In this document: positions 55,001 through 64,000 of the stretch, piece by piece
Layout: the number at the start of each line of letters is the position of its first letter
Numbering within the stretch: position 1 is the stretch's first letter
Assembly: GCA_964057225.1 (NCBI GenBank)
Contig: OZ059897.1
Coordinates: forward strand, 23,047,031 to 23,111,030
Length of the DNA stretch: 64,000 bases
Direction of reading: 5' to 3'
Origin: Auanema rhodensis
Lineage: Eukaryota; Animalia; Nematoda
The notes under the pieces: generated by a model
What the model was told of the DNA's origin: nothing
Databases searched by the model: none
What the model saw: the letters and a program-made list of their open reading frames with translations, nothing else
Position numbers and translations under genes: made by a program

Positions 55001-57435
55001 TATCAATAAAAATTTGTTTTTAGACTAATATGGACATGGGGAATCTAATTTTGAAAACCGCATCTCTTTATCTTTCACGTGAAGCGAGTTACATACCAAG
55101 TGCACATCACGTGTACATTTAATTAGCATAAATTAAAGTTCACGTAAATTTCAAAGTCATGGTTACCATGCACCAATATCAATAAAAATTTGTTCTTAGA
55201 CTAATATGGACATGGGGAATCTAATTTTGAAAACCGCATCTCTTTATCTTTCACGTGAAGCGAGTTACATACCAAGTGCACATCACGTGTACATTTAATT
55301 AGCATAAATTAAAGTTCACGTAAATTTCAAAGTCATGGTTACCATGAACCAATATCAATAAAAATTTGTTTTTAGACTAATATGGACATGGGGAATCTAA
55401 TTTTGAAAACCGCATCTCTTTATCTTTCACGTGAAGCGAGTTACATACCAAGTGCACATCACGTGTACATTTAATTAGCATAAATTAAAGTTCACGTAAA
55501 CTTCAAAGTCATGGTTACCATGAAGCAATATCAATAAAAATTTGTTTTTAGACTAATATGGACATGGGGAATCTAATTTTGAAAACCGCATCTCTTTATC
55601 TTTCACGTGAAGCGAGTTACATACCAAGTGCACATCACGTGTACATTTAATTAGCATAAATTAAAGTTCACGTAAATTTCAAAGTCATGGTTACCATGAA
55701 CCAATATCAATAAAAATTTGTTCTTAGACTAATATGGACATGGGGAATCTAATTTTGAAAACCGCATCTCTTTATCTTTCACGTGAAGCGAGTTACATAC
55801 CAAGTGCACATCACGTGTACATTTAATTAGCATAAATTAAAGTTCACGTAAATTTCAAAGTCATGGTTACCATGAACCAATATCAATAAAAATTTGTTTT
55901 TAGACTAATATGGACATGGGGAATCTAATTTTGAAAACCGCATCTCTTTATCTTTCACGTGAAGCGAGTTACATACCAAGTGCACATCACGTGTACATTT
56001 AATTAGCATAAATTAAAGTTCACGTAAACTTCAAAGTCATGGTTACCATGAAGCAATATCAATAAAAATTTGTTTTTAGACTAATATGGACATGGGGAAT
56101 CTAATTTTGAAAACCGCATCTCTTTATCTTTCACGTGAAGCGAGTTACATACCAAGTGCACATCACGTGTACATTTAATTAGCATAAATTAAAGTTCACG
56201 TAAATTTCAAAGTCATGGTTACCATGAACCAATATCAATAAAAATTTGTTTTTAGACTAATATGAACATGGGGAATCTAATTTTGAAAACCGCATCTCTT
56301 TATCTTTCACGTGAAGCGAGTTACATACCAAGTGCACATCACGTGTACATTTAATTAGCATAAATTAAAGTTCACGTAAATTTCAAAGTCATGGTTACCA
56401 TGAACCAATATCAATAAAAATTTGTTTTTAGACTAATATGGACATGGGGAATCTAATTTTGAAAACCGCATCTCTTTATCTTCCACGTGAAGCGAGTTAC
56501 ATACCAAGTGCACATCACGTGTACATTTAATTAGCATAAATTAAAGTTCACGTAAATTTCAAAGTCATGGTTACCATGAACCAATATCAATAAAAATTTG
56601 TTTTTAGACTAATATGGACATGGGGAATCTAATTTTGAAAACCGCATCTCTTTATCTTTCACGTGAAGCGAGTTACATACCAAGTGCACATCACGTGTAC
56701 ATTTAATTACCATAAATTAAAGTTCACGTAAATTTCAAAGTCATGGTTACCATGAACCAATATCAATAAAAATTTGTTTTTAGACTAATATGGACATGGG
56801 GAATCTAATTTTGAAAACCGCATCTCTTTATCTTTCACGTGAAGCGAGTTACATACCAAGTGCACATCACGTGTACATTTAATTAGCATAAATTAAAGTT
56901 CACGTAAAATTCAAAGTCATGGTTACCATGAACCAATATCAATAAAAATTTGTTTTTAGACTAATATGGACATGGGGAATCTAATTTTGAAAACCGCATC
57001 TCTTTATCTTTCACGTGAAGCGAGTTACATACCAAGTGCACATCACGTGTACATTTAATTAGCATAAATTAAAGTTCACGTAAACTTCAAAGTCATGGTT
57101 ACCATGAACCAATATCAATAAAAATTTGTTTTTAGACTAATATGGACATGGGGAATCTAATTTTGAAAACCGCATCTCTTTATCTTTCACGTGAAGCGAG
57201 TTACATACCAAGTGCACATCACGTGTACATTTAATTAGCATAAATTAAAGTTCACGTAAATTTCAAAGTCATGGTTACCATGAACCAATATCAATAAAAA
57301 TTTGTTTTTAGACTAATATGGACATGGGGAATCTAATTTTGAAAACCGCATCTCTTTATCTTTCACGTGAAGCGAGTTACATACCAAGTGCACATCACGT
57401 GTACATTTAATTAGCATAAATTAAAGTTCACGTAA
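52030..57435 (-). repeat. ~2-kb block (~52030-54090) duplicated at a 19-monomer offset (~55375-57435)
   Basis: SNPs recur at +3344: 52921/56265, 53139/56483, ~53366/56710, ~53565/56909, 53741/57085. Confidence 0.88.
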
Positions 57436-60400
57436 ACTTCAAAGTCATGGTTACCATGCACCAATATCAATAAAAATTTGTTTTTAGACTAATATGGACA
57501 TGGGGAATCTAATTTTGAAAACCGCATCTCTTTATCTTTCACGTGAAGCGAGTTACATACCAAGTGCACATCACGTGTACATTTAATTAGCATAAATTAA
57601 AGTTCACGTAAATTTCAAAGTCATGGTTACCATGAACCAATATCAATAAAAATTTGTTTTTAGACTAATATGGACATGGGGAATCTAATTTTGAAAACCG
57701 CATCTCTTTATCTTTCACGTGAAGCGAGTTACATACCAAGTGCACATCACGTGTACATTTAATTAGCATAAATTAAAGTTCACGTAAATTTCAAAGTCAT
57801 GGTTACCATGAACCAATATCAATAAAAATTTGTTTTTAGACTAATATGGACATGGGGAATCTAATTTTGAAAACCGCATCTCTTTATCTTTCACGTGAAG
57901 CGAGTTACATACCAAGTGCACATCACGTGTACATTTAATTAGCATAAATTAAAGTTCACGTAAACTTCAAAGTCATGGTTACCATGAAGCAATATCAATA
58001 AAAATTTGTTTTTAGACTAATATGGACATGGGGAATCTAATTTTGAAAACCGCATCTCTTTATCTTTCACGTGAAGCGAGTTACATACCAAGTGCACATC
58101 ACGTGTACATTTAATTAGCATAAATTAAAGTTCACGTAAATTTCAAAGTCATGGTTACCATGAACCAATATCAATAAAAATTTGTTCTTAGACTAATATG
58201 GACATGGGGAATCTAATTTGAAAACCGCATCTCTTTATCTTTCACGTGAAGCGAGTTACATACCAAGTGCACATCACGTGTACATTTAATTAGCATAAAT
58301 TAAAGTTCACGTAAATTTCAAAGTCATGGTTACCATGAACCAATATCAATAAAAATTTGTTTTTAGACTAATATGGACATGGGGAATCTAATTTTGAAAA
58401 CCGCATCTCTTTATCTTTCACGTGAAGCGAGTTACATACCAAGTGCACATCACGTGTACATTTAATTAGCATAAATTAAAGTTCACGTAAACTTCAAAGT
58501 CATGGTTACCATGAAGCAATATCAATAAAAATTTGTTTTTAGACTAATATGGACATGGGGAATCTAATTTTGAAAACCGCATCTCTTTATCTTTCACGTG
58601 AAGCGAGTTACATACCAAGTGCACATCACGTGTACATTTAATTAGCATAAATTAAAGTTCACGTAAATTTCAAAGTCATGGTTACCATGCACCAATATCA
58701 ATAAAAATTTGTTCTTAGACTAATATGGACATGGGGAATCTAATTTTGAAAACCGCATCTCTTTATCTTTCACGTGAAGCGAGTTACATACCAAGTGCAC
58801 ATCACGTGTACATTTAATTAGCATAAATTAAAGTTCACGTAAATTTCAAAGTCATGGTTACCATGAACCAATATCAATAAAAATTTGTTTTTAGACTAAT
58901 ATGGACATGGGGAATCTAATTTTGAAAACCGCATCTCTTTATCTTTCACGTGAAGCGAGTTACATACCAAGTGCACATCACGTGTACATTTAATTAGCAT
59001 AAATTAAAGTTCACGTAAACTTCAAAGTCATGGTTACCATGAAGCAATATCAATAAAAATTTGTTTTTAGACTAATATGGACATGGGGAATCTAATTTTG
59101 AAAACCGCATCTCTTTATCTTTCACGTGAAGCGAGTTACATACCAAGTGCACATCACGTGTACATTTAATTAGCATAAATTAAAGTTCACGTAAATTTCA
59201 AAGTCATGGTTACCATGAACCAATATCAATAAAAATTTGTTCTTAGACTAATATGGACATGGGGAATCTAATTTTGAAAACCGCATCTCTTTATCTTTCA
59301 CGTGAAGCGAGTTACATACCAAGTGCACATCACGTGTACATTTAATTAGCATAAATTAAAGTTCACGTAAATTTCAAAGTCATGGTTACCATGAACCAAT
59401 ATCAATAAAAATTTGTTTTTAGACTAATATGGACATGGGGAATCTAATTTTGAAAACCGCATCTCTTTATCTTTCACGTGAAGCGAGTTACATACCAAGT
59501 GCACATCACGTGTACATTTAATTAGCATAAATTAAAGTTCACGTAAACTTCAAAGTCATGGTTACCATGAAGCAATATCAATAAAAATTTGTTTTTAGAC
59601 TAATATGGACATGGGGAATCTAATTTTGAAAACCGCATCTCTTTATCTTTCACGTGAAGCGAGTTACATACCAAGTGCACATCACGTGTACATTTAATTA
59701 GCATAAATTAAAGTTCACGTAAATTTCAAAGTCATGGTTACCATGAACCAATATCAATAAAAATTTGTTTTCAGACTAATATGGACATGGGGAATCTAAT
59801 TTTGAAAACCGCATCTCTTTATCTTTCACGTGAAGCGAGTTACATACCAAGTGCACATCACGTGTACATTTAATTAGCATAAATTAAAGTTCACGTAAAT
59901 TTCAAAGTCATGGTTACCATGAACCAATATCAATAAAAATTTGTTTTTAGACTAATATGGACATGGGGAATCTAATTTTGAAAACCGCATCTCTTTATCT
60001 TTCACGTGAAGCGAGTTACATACCAAGTGCACATCACGTGTACATTTAATTAGCATAAATTAAAGTTCACGTAAATTTCAAAGTCATGGTTACCATGAAC
60101 CAATATCAATAAAAATTTGTTTTTAGACTAATATGGACATGGGGAATCTAATTTTGAAAACCGCATCTCTTTATCTTTCACGTGAAGCGAGTTACATACC
60201 AAGTGCACATCACGTGTACATTTAATTAGCATAAATTAAAGTTCACGTAAACTTCAAAGTCATGGTTACCATGCACCAATATCAATAAAAATTTGTTTTT
60301 AGACTAATATGGACATGGGGAATCTAATTTTGAAAACCGCATCTCTTTATCTTTCACGTGAAGCGAGTTACATACCAAGTGCACATCACGTGTACATTTA

Positions 60401-63400
60401 ATTAGCATAAATTAAAGTTCACGTAAATTTCAAAGTCATGGTTACCATGAACCAATATCAATAAAAATTTGTTTTTAGACTAATATGGACATGGGGAATC
60501 TAATTTTGAAAACCGCATCTCTTTATCTTTCACGTGAAGCGAGTTACATACCAAGTGCACATCACGTGTACATTTAATTAGCATAAATTAAAGTTCACGT
60601 AAATTTCAAAGTCATGGTTACCATGAACCAATATCAATAAAAATTTGTTTTTAGACTAATATGGACATGGGGAATCTAATTTTGAAAACCGCATCTCTTT
60701 ATCTTTCACGTGAAGCGAGTTACATACCAAGTGCACATCACGTGTACATTTAATTAGCATAAATTAAAGTTCACGTAAATTTCAAAGTCATGGTTACCAT
60801 GAAGCAATATCAATAAAAATTTGTTTTTAGACTAATATGGACATGGGGAATCTAATTTTGAAAACCGCATCTCTTTATCTTTCACGTGAAGCGAGTTACA
60901 TACCAAGTGCACATCACGTGTACATTTAATTAGCATAAATTAAAGTTCACGTAAATTTCAAAGTCATGGTTACCATGAACCAATATCAATAAAAATTTGT
61001 TTTTAGACTAATATGGACATGGGGAATCTAATTTTGAAAACCGCATCTCTTTATCTTTCACGTGAAGCGAGTTACATACCAAGTGCACATCACGTGTACA
61101 TTTAATTAGCATAAATTAAAGTTCACGTAAATTTCAAAGTCATGGTTACCATGAACCAATATAAATAAAAATTTGTTTTTAGACTAATATGGACATGGGG
61201 AATCTAATTTTGAAAACCGCATCTCTTTATCTTTCACGTGAAGCGAGTTACATACCAAGTGCACATCACGTGTACATTTAATTAGCATAAATTAAAGTTC
61301 ACGTAAATTTCAAAGTCATGGTTACCATGAACCAATATCAATAAAAATTTGTTTTTAGACTAATATGGACATGGGGAATCTAATTTTGAAAACCGCATCT
61401 CTTTATCTTTCACGTGAAGCGAGTTACATACCAAGTGCACATCACGTGTACATTTAATTAGCATAAATTAAAGTTCACGTAAATTTCAAAGTCATGGTTA
61501 CCATGAACCAATATCAATAAAAATTTGTTTTTAGACTAATATGGACATGGGGAATCTAATTTTGAAAACCGCATCTCTTTATCTTTCACGTGAAGCGAGT
61601 TACATACCAAGTGCACATCACGTGTACATTTAATTAGCATAAATTAAAGTTCACGTAAATTTCAAAGTCATGGTTACCATGAAGCAATATCAATAAAAAT
61701 TTGTTTTTAGACTAATATGGACATGGGGAATCTAATTTTGAAAACCGCATCTCTTTATCTTTCACGTGAAGCGAGTTACATACCAAGTGCACATCACGTG
61801 TACATTTAATTAGCATAAATTAAAGTTCACGTAAATTTCAAAGTCATGGTTACCATGAACCAATATCAATAAAAATTTGTTTTTAGACTAATATGGACAT
61901 GGGGAATCTAATTTTGAAAACCGCATCTCTTTATCTTTCACGTGAAGCGAGTTACATACCAAGTGCACATCACGTGTACATTTAATTAGCATAAATTAAA
62001 GTTCACGTAAATTTCAAAGTCATGGTTACCATGAACCAATATAAATAAAAATTTGTTTTTAGACTAATATGGACATGGGGAATCTAATTTTGAAAACCGC
62101 ATCTCTTTATCTTTCACGTGAAGCGAGTTACATACCAAGTGCACATCACGTGTACATTTAATTAGCATAAATTAAAGTTCACGTAAATTTCAAAGTCATG
62201 GTTACCATGAACCAATATCAATAAAAATTTGTTTTTAGACTAATATGGACATGGGGAATCTAATTTTGAAAACCGCATCTCTTTATCTTTCACGTGAAGC
62301 GAGTTACATACCAAGTGCACATCACGTGTACATTTAATTAGCATAAATTAAAGTTCACGTAAATTTCAAAGTCATGGTTACCATGCACCAATATCAATAA
62401 AAATTTGTTCTTAGACTAATATGGACATGGGGAATCTAATTTTGAAAACCGCATCTCTTTATCTTTCACGTGAAGCGAGTTACATACCAAGTGCACATCA
62501 CGTGTACATTTAATTAGCATAAATTAAAGTTCACGTAAATTTCAAAGTCATGGTTACCATGAACCAATATCAATAAAAATTTGTTTTTAGACTAATATGG
62601 ACATGGGGAATCTAATTTTGAAAACCGCATCTCTTTATCTTTCACGTGAAGCGAGTTACATACCAAGTGCACATCACGTGTACATTTAATTAGCATAAAT
62701 TAAAGTTCACGTAAATTTCAAAGTCATGGTTACCATGAACCAATATCAATAAAAATTTGTTCTTAGACTAATATGGACATGGGGAATCTAATTTTGAAAA
62801 CCGCATCTCTTTATCTTTCACGTGAAGCGAGTTACATACCAAGTGCACATCACGTGTACATTTAATTAGCATAAATTAAAGTTCACGTAAATTTCAAAGT
62901 CATGGTTACCATGAACCAATATCAATAAAAATTTGTTTTTAGACTAATATGGACATGGGGAATCTAATTTTGAAAACCGCATCTCTTTATCTTTCACGTG
63001 AAGCGAGTTACATACCAAGTGCACATCACGTGTACATTTAATTAGCATAAATTAAAGTTCACGTAAATTTCAAAGTCATGGTTACCATGAAGCAATATCA
63101 ATAAAAATTTGTTTTTAGACTAATATGGACATGGGGAATCTAATTTTGAAAACCGCATCTCTTTATCTTTCACGTGAAGCGAGTTACATACCAAGTGCAC
63201 ATCACGTGTACATTTAATTAGCATAAATTAAAGTTCACGTAAATTTCAAAGTCATGGTTACCATGAACCAATATCAATAAAAATTTGTTTTTAGACTAAT
63301 ATGGACATGGGAAATCTAATTTTGAAAACCGCATCTCTTTATCTTTCACGTGAAGCGAGTTACATACCAAGTGCACATCACGTGTACATTTAATTAGCAT

Positions 63401-64000
63401 AAATTAAAGTTCACGTAAATTTCAAAGTCATGGTTACCATGAACCAATATCAATAAAAATTTGTTCTTAGACTAATATGGACATGGGGAATCTAATTTTG
63501 AAAACCGCATCTCTTTATCTTTCACGTGAAGCGAGTTACATACCAAGTGCACATCACGTGTACATTTAATTAGCATAAATTAAAGTTCACGTAAACTTCA
63601 AAGTCATGGTTACCATGAAGCAATATCAATAAAAATTTGTTTTTAGACTAATATGGACATGGGAAATCTAATTTTGAAAACCGCATCTCTTTATCTTTCA
63701 CGTGAAGCGAGTTACATACCAAGTGCACATCACGTGTACATTTAATTAGCATAAATTAAAGTTCACGTAAATTTCAAAGTCATGGTTACCATGAACCAAT
63801 ATCAATAAAAATTTGTTCTTAGACTAATATGGACATGGGGAATCTAATTTTGAAAACCGCATCTCTTTATCTTTCACGTGAAGCGAGTTACATACCAAGT
63901 GCACATCACGTGTACATTTAATTAGCATAAATTAAAGTTCACGTAAATTTCAAAGTCATGGTTACCATGAACCAATATCAATAAAAATTTGTTTTTAGAC

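Larger units (their letters stand above)
2670..64000 (-). repeat. 176-bp tandem satellite array, block 2, reverse-complement orientation (~348 monomers; runs to the window end)
   Basis: Continuous reverse complement of the block 1 monomer (…GACTAATATGGACATGGGGAATCTAATTTTGAAAACCGCATC…). The 176-bp period is broken only by five 1-bp deletions (~3922, 29788, ~37140, ~49388, ~58218) and two 46-bp insertions. Confidence 0.99.

Noticed and set aside
3915-58225. Five 1-bp deletions (~3922, 29788, ~37140, ~49388, ~58218) as biological length variants
   Set aside because: Each is a singleton and four lie in homopolymer runs. The monomer at ~3922 has an undeleted twin at 5136-5157. They may be consensus errors and cannot be trusted without reads.
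1-64000. CRISPR array (palindromic repeats at regular spacing)
   Set aside because: There are no unique spacers; the entire 176-bp unit repeats, and no cas genes or leader are present.

Overview
The whole 64-kb window is one highly homogeneous tandem satellite with no unique sequence, genes, RNA genes, transposons or CRISPR spacers. The monomer is 176 bp and about 32% GC, in roughly 363 copies. Consensus in the orientation of the first block: ACGTGAACTTTAATTTATGCTAATTAAATGTACACGTGATGTGCACTTGGTATGTAACTCGCTTCACGTGAAAGATAAAGAGATGCGGTTTTCAAAATTAGATTCCCCATGTCCATATTAGTCTAAAAACAAATTTTTATTGATATTGGTTCATGGTAACCATGACTTTGAAATTT. The monomer length, AT-richness and homogeneity resemble a eukaryotic (peri)centromeric satellite, but I do not recognise the family or the organism. 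About 15 copies run on the + strand (1-2667), then the array switches orientation (2670-64000). The switch looks like a fold-back inverted duplication: two 895-bp arms carry mirrored private SNPs around a 265-bp spacer. Rare SNPs also reveal nested higher-order duplications at offsets of 3, 4, 5, 6, 7, 8, 11, 13, 17, 19, 26 and 52 monomers, regional variant domains, and two 222-bp monomers carrying a 46-bp internal duplication. The monomer is dense in short dyads and shows traces of a ~33-bp internal subrepeat. The three 60-aa ORFs are chance stop-loss variants of the monomer. I found no protein-coding system; the interest here is structural and evolutionary. All variant positions were read by eye and should be confirmed by alignment.
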